NCBI GenBank assembly: GCA_964389675.1
Contig: CAYMEV010000003.1
Location: forward strand, 129,109-193,108
Length of the DNA: 64,000 nt
Source of the DNA: an uncultured Candidatus Sumerlaeota bacterium
Lineage (GTDB): Bacteria > CAYMEV01
Direction: 5' to 3'
Part shown: piece by piece, positions 51,171 to 60,712 of the stretch
Layout: every line of letters begins with the position of its first letter
Position numbering within the stretch: position 1 is the first letter of the stretch
Translations under genes and position numbers: made by a program
Notes under the pieces: generated by a model
Seen by the model: the letters and a program-made list of their open reading frames with translations, nothing else
Told to the model about the DNA's origin: nothing
Database searches by the model: none

Positions 51171-51884
51171 ATGGAAGCAGTAGGTATTTGGTTAGCGGCT
51201 TTTTTGACACTTTGCATATTCAGCTTTTTATATAAAGACAATCCCTTCTATAAGTTTGCAGAACACTGCTTTGTGGGTGTATCTGCCGGGTTCTGGATGG
51301 CTACCTATTATCATAATACCATAGACCCCAAGCTACTGAAGCCAATAGGGGATTTTATCTGGGAGCTTTCTAACAGCAATGTGAAGGTACTGGCAAAAAT
51401 AAACAATGAGCAGGTGGAGATCCAGGGGATAAGCCCCACATATTACTCCATCCTTCTGATCATCCCCCTTGTCTTTTCCATAATGCTTCTTATGAGGATC
51501 ATTCCAAGGTTTTCATGGATGAGCAGAATGGGCATATCGCTTATGGTCGGTACAGGAGCGGGCCTTTATATTATAAATTACCTCAAATCAAATGTGGTAA
51601 GCCAGATATACAGCGCAATCGTCCCGATATTCAGCAACAGCAATGTAGGCTGGTGGGTTATCATAGGTAATTTTACACTCCTTTTCGGAACGCTTTTCGG
51701 CCTTCTTTACTTCTTTTTCTCCAAGGCTCATAAAGGTGCTTTCGGACTGGGTGCCAAGATAGGTATCTATTTCATAATGATATCCTTCGGTGTATCATTC
51801 GGCTATACAGTTATGGCAAGGGTCAGCCTTCTCATAGGCAGGCTTGATTTTCTTATAAACACCTGGCTTGGAGGGATAATATAA
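51171..51884 (+). CDS. hypothetical multi-pass membrane protein
   Basis: SD GGGAGG; about 6 TM segments; SFLYKDNPFYKFAEH, FGYTVMAR. Confidence 0.8.
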   Translation: MEAVGIWLAAFLTLCIFSFLYKDNPFYKFAEHCFVGVSAGFWMATYYHNTIDPKLLKPIGDFIWELSNSNVKVLAKINNEQVEIQGISPTYYSILLIIPLVFSIMLLMRIIPRFSWMSRMGISLMVGTGAGLYIINYLKSNVVSQIYSAIVPIFSNSNVGWWVIIGNFTLLFGTLFGLLYFFFSKAHKGAFGLGAKIGIYFIMISFGVSFGYTVMARVSLLIGRLDFLINTWLGGII

Positions 51885-51889
51885 CTTTC

Positions 51890-52798
51890 ATGCCGGACCT
51901 GAGCACTGAGATATGCGGTATAAGGCTTGATAATCCATTGATACTGGCATCAGGCATACTGGGGGTCAACAGGGGATGCCTGAAGCGGGTTGAAATGGAG
52001 GGGGCTGGTGCAGTTACAATAAAGAGCATAAGCGTTGAGACCAGATCAGGCCATAACAGCCCGATAATTGTGCCATTTGATGGTGGTATGCTGAATGCTG
52101 TGGGCTATTCCAATCCGGGGCTGGAGGAAGCATACAGTGTTTTCAAGGGCCATGATGTCAATATCCCTGTATTTGCCAGTATTATAGGCCAGAAACCTGA
52201 TGATTTTGCAAAGATCATTGAGAGATTTGAAGATATTGAATTCTGCGGGTATGAGATCCCTGTCTCATGCCCGCATACACCAGGATTCGGGACTATGGGG
52301 GGGCAGGACAGCCCTGATTTTATAAGGTCGGTCCTGAAGAGAATAAAGGAAATAACCTCAAGGCCGGTATTTGTGAAGATACCCCCGATTGACAGAAATA
52401 TAGGGGATTATGGCAGAATGATAGAGGATGCGGGGGCATCGGGGATCACAGCTGTCAATACAGCAGGCCCGGGTATGATAATTGATATAGAATCCAGAAG
52501 GCCCTTCCTGGGATTTAAGAAGGGGGGGCTGAGCGGCCCTGCTCTCAGGCCTATAGCTGTAAGGTGTGTTTATGAGCTTTATGAAGCGGTCAAAATACCC
52601 GTTATAGGCACAGGAGGGATCACCACAGGTGAGGATGCTGTTGAAATGATAATGGCCGGTGCAAGTGCCCTGGGTATCGGCACAGCAGTATATTTCAGGG
52701 GATTGAACGCCTTTTCCAAGATCAGGGCGGAGATCCAGGACTGGCTTTCCAGGCATGAAATAAGCGATATAAGTGCTATCAAAGGCACCGCTCATTAA
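51890..52798 (+). CDS. pyrD: dihydroorotate dehydrogenase, class 1 catalytic subunit
   Basis: LASG, TIKS, MLNAVGYSNPG, SCPH, AVNT, GGLSG, IGTGGI. Confidence 0.85.
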   Translation: MPDLSTEICGIRLDNPLILASGILGVNRGCLKRVEMEGAGAVTIKSISVETRSGHNSPIIVPFDGGMLNAVGYSNPGLEEAYSVFKGHDVNIPVFASIIGQKPDDFAKIIERFEDIEFCGYEIPVSCPHTPGFGTMGGQDSPDFIRSVLKRIKEITSRPVFVKIPPIDRNIGDYGRMIEDAGASGITAVNTAGPGMIIDIESRRPFLGFKKGGLSGPALRPIAVRCVYELYEAVKIPVIGTGGITTGEDAVEMIMAGASALGIGTAVYFRGLNAFSKIRAEIQDWLSRHEISDISAIKGTAH

Positions 52799-52837
52799 AA
52801 TAAAATTGTTATTTTAAGAATATTATTCATTTTTAGA

Positions 52838-52866
52838 TTGATATTTTTGCGTTACTATGATATAAT
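52838..52866 (+). promoter_or_regulatory. sigma70 promoter of S8 protease gene
   Basis: TTGATA-17 nt-TATAAT with an extended -10 TG; SD AAGGAGG before the ATG at 52896. Confidence 0.75.
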
Positions 52867-52895
52867 AAAACAAACAAAACACAAGGAGGGATTCT

Positions 52896-55800
52896 ATGCT
52901 TTTCGGAGCTAAAGGCAAGTGGATGCCGGCAGTTATTGTGCTGGCGATGTTTTTCTGCTTCAGCTTTGCATTAACAGCAACAACTGAAGCAAACGAGGCT
53001 TACAACAGCGGGGAGAGTTATAAAGTTTCATTCGGGGAAAGGCCTCATATCGACCTGGATTCAATTCCAGAAGAGGCTTATGAGAAGGGAAGAATAAGTA
53101 TCAAGTTTCAGCCTGACATCAGGCAGATGAACCTGGGCAAATTGATCAGTGCTGAAGCGCTTGATCATGTTGTCTTAAATATTGCAGAGATTGATGCCCT
53201 TAATATGAAATATGGCGTGAAACAGTACAAGGCCATGCTTAACCGCCTTTATGATGTTTCACCTGCATCAGCCCAGTATAAGGAAAGGCACAAAGCATGG
53301 GGGTTTGATCTCTGGTATGAACTTACACTGGATAAGGATGCAGATATCATTGATGCTGTAAAGAGCTACTCCAGCCTTTCATGCATAGCAGTCGCAGAGC
53401 CTGTCTATAAGAAGACCAGGCCTGTAGCCGATTCTGTAAAAGAGCTGAAAGCTGTGGGCAATAATACCAAGTTTGAACCTGACGATACCTATTATTACGG
53501 CAATCAGTGGCATTATTACAACTACGGCCAGGAGATAGATGGCCAGGTCGGAACAGCAGGCTGTGACGTTGATGCCCAGAATGCATGGGATATTGAAAAG
53601 GGCAACAGCAATGTAATAGTAGCGGTAATGGACGGCGGTATTGATTATGACCATGAGGATATTGCTGATAACATGTGGTCAGGGATAGGCCCGGACGGTA
53701 CAGGTACTGTCGCTGATGACCACGGGACACATACATCAGGCACCATTTCAGCTGTCACAAATAACAGCCTTGGTGTGGCAGGGCTCGCGGGAGGAAGCGG
53801 GACAGGCGACGGCGTCAGGCTCATGAGTATTGATATATTTGACGGGAGCCACGGGCTTTCAATGTATGAGATCTATGCATACGGCGCTGATAATAATGCA
53901 TGCATATCCCAGAACAGCTGGGGCTATACTTATGCTGGATCTTATGAACAAGCCTGCCTTGACGGTATTGATTATTTTATCGCAAACGGCGGGGGAAGCG
54001 TCATGTCTGGCGGTATCGTAATATTTGCCGCTGGTAATGATGGTAGTGATGATGACTGGTATCCGGGCTACTATTCACCCTGTATGGCAGTAGCAGGGAC
54101 AGACAACCAGGATGTAATGTATGATGATACAGGCATTGGCGGTGGTGCTTCAAACTACGGTACATGGGTTGAGATATCTGCACCTGCCGTAGATGTTGCA
54201 AGCACTGTTACAATGGAAAATTCTTATGGAAAATACCTGTTTTATACAGGTACTTCAATGGCATGCCCGCATGTATCCGGTGCTGCAGCTCTGATAGTAT
54301 CCTATGCAGCAAGGAACGGCCTTATACTTTCAAAGACGCAGGTATGGAACATACTTGTTGATAATACTGATGATCATTACTCTGTTAATCCGTCTTATAT
54401 TGGCAAGCTGGGAAGCGGAAGGCTGAATGCCTATGCAGCGCTTCAGGAAGTCCAGGGTATGATCGGTGGTGTTGAGAACCCGACCAATTTTGCCTCAAAT
54501 CCTGTCTCCCAGACAGAAATAGACCTGACATGGCAGAGGAATTCAAGCAATAATTCTGTTATGGTTGTATGGAATTCAACCAATACATTCGGCACACCTG
54601 TTGACGGTACAAGCTACAGCGTTGGAAATACGATATCAGGCGGAGGGACAGTCCTCTACAGGGGAAGCCAGACCAGTTATGACCATACAGGGCTTACTCC
54701 GGGGACTGTGTATTATTATAAGGCATTTTCATATAATGGATCGAATGAATACTCTTCAGGCGTTACAACAAGTGCCGCTACTCAGTGCGGGGCTGTAAGC
54801 TCCTTCCCGTATACGCAGGATTTCAATGCATCCACAACCTGTCCTGCATGCTGGTCTGTCGTCGATAATCAGGGCAATGGCCAGGTATGGACATTCGGGA
54901 CTGTAACAAACGGCCTTTCCGGAACAACCGGAAACTATGCACTGCTGGACAGCGACGGCTACGGAAGCGGAAATACGCAGAATTCAGACCTCGTTTCACC
55001 TACATTTGATTTTACAGGCCTGACAGATGTAACACTTGAATTTACGCATTATTTCAGGCAATACGAATCAGCATCAACCGTTACCTTTGCATACAGCACA
55101 AACAACGGTTCAAGCTGGACCCCTGTCCAGACATGGGAAGTTACTACATCCAATCCTGCTACCTTCAGCCAGGGTTTCCCGTCCCTTGCAGGCCAGTCCC
55201 AGGTCAAGTTCAAATGGAATTATACAGGTACATGGGGTTATTACTGGTGTGTTGATGATATCATTGTCAATGCAGATACCCAGTCAACCACACATAATGT
55301 CACTCTGGTTGCAAATCCAGCCGGTATAGGGATAGTCGTATCAGGAGGCGGTGAATACCAGACTGATGCAGTTGTTAACATACATACCTATTTTGATCAG
55401 AAGGGCTATGTCTTTGTTGAATGGAGAGGTGTGGAGGAGCAAAAGGCCATAGGGGATGAGGATTTACTTGATGATCCTTATTCACCGTCAACCTTTTTCA
55501 CAATGCCGAATACTGATGTTGCACTGGAGGCTGTCTGGGTTGAAGAAACAGGTGATTATACTCCTGCATTTATAAGCCTTGCTGAGAACTCAGTTCAGGG
55601 TATATGGAAATGGACATACAGCTCATTAAAATCAAATGATATTGATTCAAAGGGCTCCACATGGGTCAAGCTTCTTGGTGATATTACTGCATCAAAGATG
55701 ATGGCAGGCGATATATCCGGCGATGGAAATATGGAGATTGTAGCTCTGATACCGGGAATGGGCCTTTATTATTATGATATTATTGCTGAGACATGGACAA

Positions 55801-56627
55801 GCATTATCGGAGATGCTGCAGGGATCACGGAATTTACCCTTGCAAAGACACAGGCAGGCGGTCCTCTTGAGGTGGTTGCATCATTTACGGCAAATGGAAT
55901 CCAGAAATGGACATTCGGGGGATCATGGACGGCCATAAACACCATGTCAGCCGATATACTTGCTGCCGGAGACATCAACCGGGATGTAGATGCTATTGAT
56001 GAGCTCATAGTTGTATTTACAGACTATTCCGGATACTTCCTCTATGATTTTACCACATCAAGCTTTACCAATATTATAAATATCAGCCCGTCACAGGTGG
56101 CAGTTGCAGATGTAACAAATGACGGCTATAATGAACTGGTCACTGTTTTTGACGGTTTTGGCATCTATGTTGTCAGATACCTTCCTGAAAAGGGCCTTGA
56201 TATGAAGAAGGCAGGAGATATGAATCCTGATTTTGACCTTATCATGGATATACCCGAGAACCATGTCTGGGTTTCCAAGGGAGGCATTCCAAAGGGATTC
56301 CAGTTCAACAGGATCACATATGCCTCGCCGGAAGAGGGCCATTATATCGGGACAGGTGATATAAACGGGACAGCCGGAGCAGAGGTTATGTTCACCTATA
56401 CTGACGGCAGGACCTACTGTTATTCTTACGATGCAAAGGGATGGACAACACTTGTAATGGCCGGGTTCAAGAGAATGATCACCGGGAAGTTCACAGGCGG
56501 AGCAAAGGATGACATAATTGCATGTGAATCTTCATCTGGAAGCGTTTATCTGAGAAAGACATCCACCGGAGCATGGGAGATAATGGCGGCCAATGGCGAT
56601 GCAAGCGCTATGACAGCACTTGAATAA
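52896..56627 (+). CDS. secreted S8 subtilisin-like serine protease with FN3, cleaved-adhesin/MAM-like and C-terminal FG-GAP/VCBS-like repeat domains
   Basis: Triad VAVMDGG, HGTHTSG, GTSMACPHVSG; oxyanion AAGND; FN3 IDLTW..YYYKAF; LVSPTFDF..WCVDDI; repeated AGDISGDG/AGDINRD/ADVTNDG/GDINGT. Confidence 0.92.
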   Translation: MLFGAKGKWMPAVIVLAMFFCFSFALTATTEANEAYNSGESYKVSFGERPHIDLDSIPEEAYEKGRISIKFQPDIRQMNLGKLISAEALDHVVLNIAEIDALNMKYGVKQYKAMLNRLYDVSPASAQYKERHKAWGFDLWYELTLDKDADIIDAVKSYSSLSCIAVAEPVYKKTRPVADSVKELKAVGNNTKFEPDDTYYYGNQWHYYNYGQEIDGQVGTAGCDVDAQNAWDIEKGNSNVIVAVMDGGIDYDHEDIADNMWSGIGPDGTGTVADDHGTHTSGTISAVTNNSLGVAGLAGGSGTGDGVRLMSIDIFDGSHGLSMYEIYAYGADNNACISQNSWGYTYAGSYEQACLDGIDYFIANGGGSVMSGGIVIFAAGNDGSDDDWYPGYYSPCMAVAGTDNQDVMYDDTGIGGGASNYGTWVEISAPAVDVASTVTMENSYGKYLFYTGTSMACPHVSGAAALIVSYAARNGLILSKTQVWNILVDNTDDHYSVNPSYIGKLGSGRLNAYAALQEVQGMIGGVENPTNFASNPVSQTEIDLTWQRNSSNNSVMVVWNSTNTFGTPVDGTSYSVGNTISGGGTVLYRGSQTSYDHTGLTPGTVYYYKAFSYNGSNEYSSGVTTSAATQCGAVSSFPYTQDFNASTTCPACWSVVDNQGNGQVWTFGTVTNGLSGTTGNYALLDSDGYGSGNTQNSDLVSPTFDFTGLTDVTLEFTHYFRQYESASTVTFAYSTNNGSSWTPVQTWEVTTSNPATFSQGFPSLAGQSQVKFKWNYTGTWGYYWCVDDIIVNADTQSTTHNVTLVANPAGIGIVVSGGGEYQTDAVVNIHTYFDQKGYVFVEWRGVEEQKAIGDEDLLDDPYSPSTFFTMPNTDVALEAVWVEETGDYTPAFISLAENSVQGIWKWTYSSLKSNDIDSKGSTWVKLLGDITASKMMAGDISGDGNMEIVALIPGMGLYYYDIIAETWTSIIGDAAGITEFTLAKTQAGGPLEVVASFTANGIQKWTFGGSWTAINTMSADILAAGDINRDVDAIDELIVVFTDYSGYFLYDFTTSSFTNIINISPSQVAVADVTNDGYNELVTVFDGFGIYVVRYLPEKGLDMKKAGDMNPDFDLIMDIPENHVWVSKGGIPKGFQFNRITYASPEEGHYIGTGDINGTAGAEVMFTYTDGRTYCYSYDAKGWTTLVMAGFKRMITGKFTGGAKDDIIACESSSGSVYLRKTSTGAWEIMAANGDASAMTALE

Positions 56628-56643
56628 ACCTGATACATATAAG

Positions 56644-56677
56644 AAAGGGCAGTGCATTTGCACTGTCCTTTTTTTTT
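56644..56677 (+). terminator. rho-independent terminator
   Basis: AAAGGGCAGTGC-ATTT-GCACTGTCC followed by a T run, 16 nt after the protease stop. Confidence 0.85.
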
Positions 56678-56752
56678 GCTGAAATAATGATTCCATGTTA
56701 GTATGCCTCAGTTAAAAAATTTTATGAGTTTTTATGGAAGGGTACAGAGAAA

Positions 56753-57529
56753 TTGAAGAGTGATAAAAGATCTGTAATGGTCTGGCAGGCATTCATTCTG
56801 CTATCAGCTTTTTTATTCCTGAAGACAGATGTATCAGCAGAGGATTATTATATGAGGTTTTATTCAGGCTGGGATTTCAGGATGTCTGCTGAATGGAAGG
56901 ATACTGACTGCAGTGACACAACAAATACGCCCGTTTACGGATGCGGATACTCCTCTGAGGGAAAAGCCGGGGATACAGTATTATTTGACGGATTTCTCGG
57001 CTGGAGGATTAATGATGCCTTTTTCATAGAGGCTGGGTTCCTTTACAGGCCTGATACAGGCTTTGAAGGACAGGTGAATTATCCAGATGCCGGTGAAAAC
57101 CAGCCAGTCAGCGCTGATATTGAGTCATTAGCAGGGGTCATCGGGATGAGTGTGGACATACCGGAGCTTCTCAATATGGGTGGGGGCAGTTTCAAGCCCT
57201 ATATCTCAATTCATGCAGGCATATCAAGAAACAGGGTAAGCAATTTCTGTATGTATTTTCCTGACCTGGAGACACCTCATAATTTCATAGTGCCGGGCGG
57301 GACGGAAACAGGCCTCTGCTACAGCATGGCAGTCGGAAGCTGTTTTTTAATAAGCAGTCATATCGGGATCGATGTGGAGGCTCACTATACCAGTTTTGGG
57401 AAAATGGCAACCCCCAGCGGTAACGGTATTATGGAAAGGGCAGGGGAGACCATTGTAATTCCTGTGAACGGCACTGAGGCAGAACTGAAGACAGCAGGCA
57501 TCAGAGCCGGGTTAAGGTATCTTTTTTAA
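56753..57529 (+). CDS. outer-membrane beta-barrel protein (opacity/OmpA-TM-like)
   Basis: Signal peptide; alternating amphipathic strands; KPYISIHAGIS; C-terminal GIRAGLRYLF beta-signal. Confidence 0.75.
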   Translation: MKSDKRSVMVWQAFILLSAFLFLKTDVSAEDYYMRFYSGWDFRMSAEWKDTDCSDTTNTPVYGCGYSSEGKAGDTVLFDGFLGWRINDAFFIEAGFLYRPDTGFEGQVNYPDAGENQPVSADIESLAGVIGMSVDIPELLNMGGGSFKPYISIHAGISRNRVSNFCMYFPDLETPHNFIVPGGTETGLCYSMAVGSCFLISSHIGIDVEAHYTSFGKMATPSGNGIMERAGETIVIPVNGTEAELKTAGIRAGLRYLF

Positions 57530-57553
57530 GAAGGCTTTTTTGAGGATAATATT

Positions 57554-59560
57554 ATGAGAAACCATAGATTCGATATTCCAAAAGCAGTTCAATTCCTGTT
57601 CTGCGTTTTTTTAACCCTTTTCTGTGTGAACCTGATATACAGGCTTGCCTTTCTGGTATTCTTCAAGCCCTCAGGCATGTCATTTTATTCGCATGATATG
57701 CTTTATGCTACATACCTGGGCATCAAGTTTGACCTCAGACTGACAGCATTTATTATTCTGCCTCTTCTGATCCTTGCATATTTCATCGGGAAAAGGCTGA
57801 TCTGCACAAAATGGATAAGAATAGCTGTAAATATCTACATAACAGCCTGCTTCATGATGATGCTCGTTTTTTTCGGCTTTGATTTTGGCGTGTACAGCTA
57901 TATAAGGAACAGGATAAACTCATCCCTCTTTATGTTCCTTGACAATCCGGATATATCCTTTTCGATGATCTGTCAGTCATACCCTGTTTTCTGGATATCA
58001 TCAGGGTTTATTGTATTATCTCTGTTATTTGGCATCTTTATATTCAGAAAAGCATATTCATTCTCAAAAAGTGACTCTGAACCGGGCAAAAAAACAGGCT
58101 TTACTGCCTATCTGATATTCACCCTGCTTGTCCTGGCTGTCATGTACGGCAGGGTATCACGGTTTCCCCTGAGGTGGAGCGAGGCATATTTCACCACAGA
58201 CGGCTTTGTGAGCAATTATACATTCAATCCGGTCTTGTATTTCTATGACAGCTTCAAGGTAAAGCCCCATAATTATGACCTGAAGGAAGCGCAGAAGGCA
58301 TATTCAGTCCTTGCTGATTTCTATGGAATTGAAAGCCCGGCTGAAGGTGATTTAAGCCTTTTAAGGCGTATAAAACCAGAGCAGAGGTTTGATGTACAGC
58401 CGAATATAGTGATCATACTTCTTGAAACATTTGCATCATTCAAGACAGGTGCATTCGGGAACCAGCTTGATCCTTCGCCGAATTTTGACAGGCTTTCAAA
58501 GGAAGGACTGCTTTTTAAGAGATTCTATGTACCCATGGAAAATACATCAAGGTCCATATTCTGTTCTCTTTTCGGTATACCTGATGTAAGTGCGGGTTAT
58601 TATTCATCAAAGAACCCCCTTGTTGTCGAACAGCATACCATACTCAATGCACTTAAGGACCATGAAAAGCTTTATTTTCTCGGAGGAAGCGCAAACTGGG
58701 GGAACATAAGGGGAATACTGTCATATAATATTGAGGGCCTGAAAATTTATGAGGAGGGTTCATATTCATCACCCGTCCATGATGTGTGGGGGATCTCGGA
58801 TGCTGACCTTTTCTTTGAAGCAAATGAGGTTCTTTCAGAAACAGGTGAGCCGTTCTTTGCATTCATCCAGACAGCAGGAAATCACAGGCCCTTTAAGATC
58901 CCTGATGATCCGAAAGGCTTCATAGAGGAGGATATTGATGAGGCTGTCCTTGCCGAGAACGGGTTCTATTCACTGAAGGAGTATAACGGGTTCAGGTTCC
59001 TTGACCACTGTCTCGGTTATTATTTCAGCATTGCAGGGAATGAAGGATATTTTGAAAATACAATTTTTATAATATACGGGGACCACGGGACAAACGGAGG
59101 CGCCATAGACAGAAGGTTCGGCGACCTGGCACTGGCTTCATACAGTGTCCCGATGCTTATATACTCGCCAAAGCTTATAAGTGAGCCGGAAATTATAGAG
59201 AAAACTGCAAGTTCGCTGGATATAATGCCTACTATTGCCGGCCTTGCAGGAAAGCCGTATATCAATAAAACACTGGGAAGAGACCTCTTCGATACAGAGT
59301 GCAAAGTGCCGAACATCGCATTTACATTTACCCCTTTCAGGAATCCGCCGAGATACGGGCTGCTGATGGATGAATTTTATGTAAATGTCGAGCCTGATGG
59401 TAATTACAGCCTCTTTTACCGGGATAAGGAAATGGGATATTCGGATATAAAGGGAAAGTTTCCCGAAAAGGCAGAATATATGGCCGGGCTTTGCAGGTCA
59501 ATATACGAATACTCAAGATATCTGCTGTATAATAATAAGAAGATCGCAGACAGGGAATAA
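57554..59560 (+). CDS. LTA-synthase/phosphoglycerol transferase family (membrane anchor + sulfatase-fold domain)
   Basis: 5 N-terminal TM segments (GIKFDLR); PNIVIILLETF, Thr nucleophile in NTSRS, GNHRPF, YGDHG. Confidence 0.85.
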   Translation: MRNHRFDIPKAVQFLFCVFLTLFCVNLIYRLAFLVFFKPSGMSFYSHDMLYATYLGIKFDLRLTAFIILPLLILAYFIGKRLICTKWIRIAVNIYITACFMMMLVFFGFDFGVYSYIRNRINSSLFMFLDNPDISFSMICQSYPVFWISSGFIVLSLLFGIFIFRKAYSFSKSDSEPGKKTGFTAYLIFTLLVLAVMYGRVSRFPLRWSEAYFTTDGFVSNYTFNPVLYFYDSFKVKPHNYDLKEAQKAYSVLADFYGIESPAEGDLSLLRRIKPEQRFDVQPNIVIILLETFASFKTGAFGNQLDPSPNFDRLSKEGLLFKRFYVPMENTSRSIFCSLFGIPDVSAGYYSSKNPLVVEQHTILNALKDHEKLYFLGGSANWGNIRGILSYNIEGLKIYEEGSYSSPVHDVWGISDADLFFEANEVLSETGEPFFAFIQTAGNHRPFKIPDDPKGFIEEDIDEAVLAENGFYSLKEYNGFRFLDHCLGYYFSIAGNEGYFENTIFIIYGDHGTNGGAIDRRFGDLALASYSVPMLIYSPKLISEPEIIEKTASSLDIMPTIAGLAGKPYINKTLGRDLFDTECKVPNIAFTFTPFRNPPRYGLLMDEFYVNVEPDGNYSLFYRDKEMGYSDIKGKFPEKAEYMAGLCRSIYEYSRYLLYNNKKIADRE

Positions 59561-59633
59561 GGGCACCTGTTTTATATTTCCTGCATTTTATTGATATTAT
59601 AGTTTTGAATTATATTATTCAAGGGGGATTATT

Positions 59634-60608
59634 ATGGATAGATCAGTTTTAATCACAGGGGCAGCAGGGTTTATTGGGTGGAAAACATGCCGAAGGTTCC
59701 TGGAAAGCGGGTACAGGGTCACAGGCATAGATAATATGAATGATTATTATGATGTGAAACTTAAGGAATACAGGGCGGATGACCTTGAAAAGAATCAGGC
59801 CTTTGAGTTATGCAGGATTGACATAGAGGATTATGATAAGCTCGAGGGGGTATTCAGGAGGGATAAATATTCAGCCGTTATAAACCTGGCAGCCAGGGCA
59901 GGAGTAAGATACAGCCTTGAGAATCCTGACATATACCTCTCTACCAATACCCAGGGAACGCTGAATATTCTCAAGCTGATGGTCAAATACAGCACAGGAA
60001 AGCTTGTCCTTGCTTCCACAAGCTCCCTCTATGCAGGCCAGAAGATGCCTTTTTCCGAGTGCCTTCCGGTGAACACTCCCATCTCTCCGTATGCTGCAAC
60101 GAAAAAGGCCGCAGAAGTTCTTGTGTATTCATATCATTACCTTTATGGGATCGATGCGACTGTTGTCCGATATTTTACTGTTTACGGGCCCTGCGGGAGG
60201 CCAGACATGAGCATATTCAGGTTTATAAAATGGATAGATGAGGGCAGTGCCATAAGGCTTTTCGGAGATGGCACCCAGAGCCGGGATTTTACATATGTTG
60301 ACGATATAGCCGAAGGGACATTCAGGGCAGTAAAGAATACAGGTTATGAGATAATAAACCTTGGAGGGGGGAAAAACCCAGTCTCAATGAACTATATCAT
60401 ATCCCTTATTGAAAAGAGGCTTGGAAAGACTGCAAAGATCGATTATAAACCCTTTCACAAGGCAGATATGCTTTCTACCTGGGCAGACATAAACAAGGCT
60501 GAAAGGATTCTGGGGTGGAAACCCCATGTAAGTATAGAAAAAGGCCTGGAGATGACCATTGACTGGTATCTTGACAACAGAAGCTGGCTTAAGGATGTAA
60601 AGCTGTAG
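59634..60608 (+). CDS. NAD-dependent nucleotide-sugar epimerase (UDP-glucuronate 4-epimerase-like)
   Basis: TGAAGFIG, LAARAGVRYSL, YAATK, YFTVYGPCGRPDM, RDFTYVDD. Confidence 0.92.
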   Translation: MDRSVLITGAAGFIGWKTCRRFLESGYRVTGIDNMNDYYDVKLKEYRADDLEKNQAFELCRIDIEDYDKLEGVFRRDKYSAVINLAARAGVRYSLENPDIYLSTNTQGTLNILKLMVKYSTGKLVLASTSSLYAGQKMPFSECLPVNTPISPYAATKKAAEVLVYSYHYLYGIDATVVRYFTVYGPCGRPDMSIFRFIKWIDEGSAIRLFGDGTQSRDFTYVDDIAEGTFRAVKNTGYEIINLGGGKNPVSMNYIISLIEKRLGKTAKIDYKPFHKADMLSTWADINKAERILGWKPHVSIEKGLEMTIDWYLDNRSWLKDVKL

Positions 60609-60712
60609 GGTCATAATACTTTCAGCCGAATAATTAAGTGATCGGGATAAATTTTCTTGAAAATAACTTATACTGTGCTAAAAATGATGTCCTGTAAAGG
60701 TTAAGACTGATT

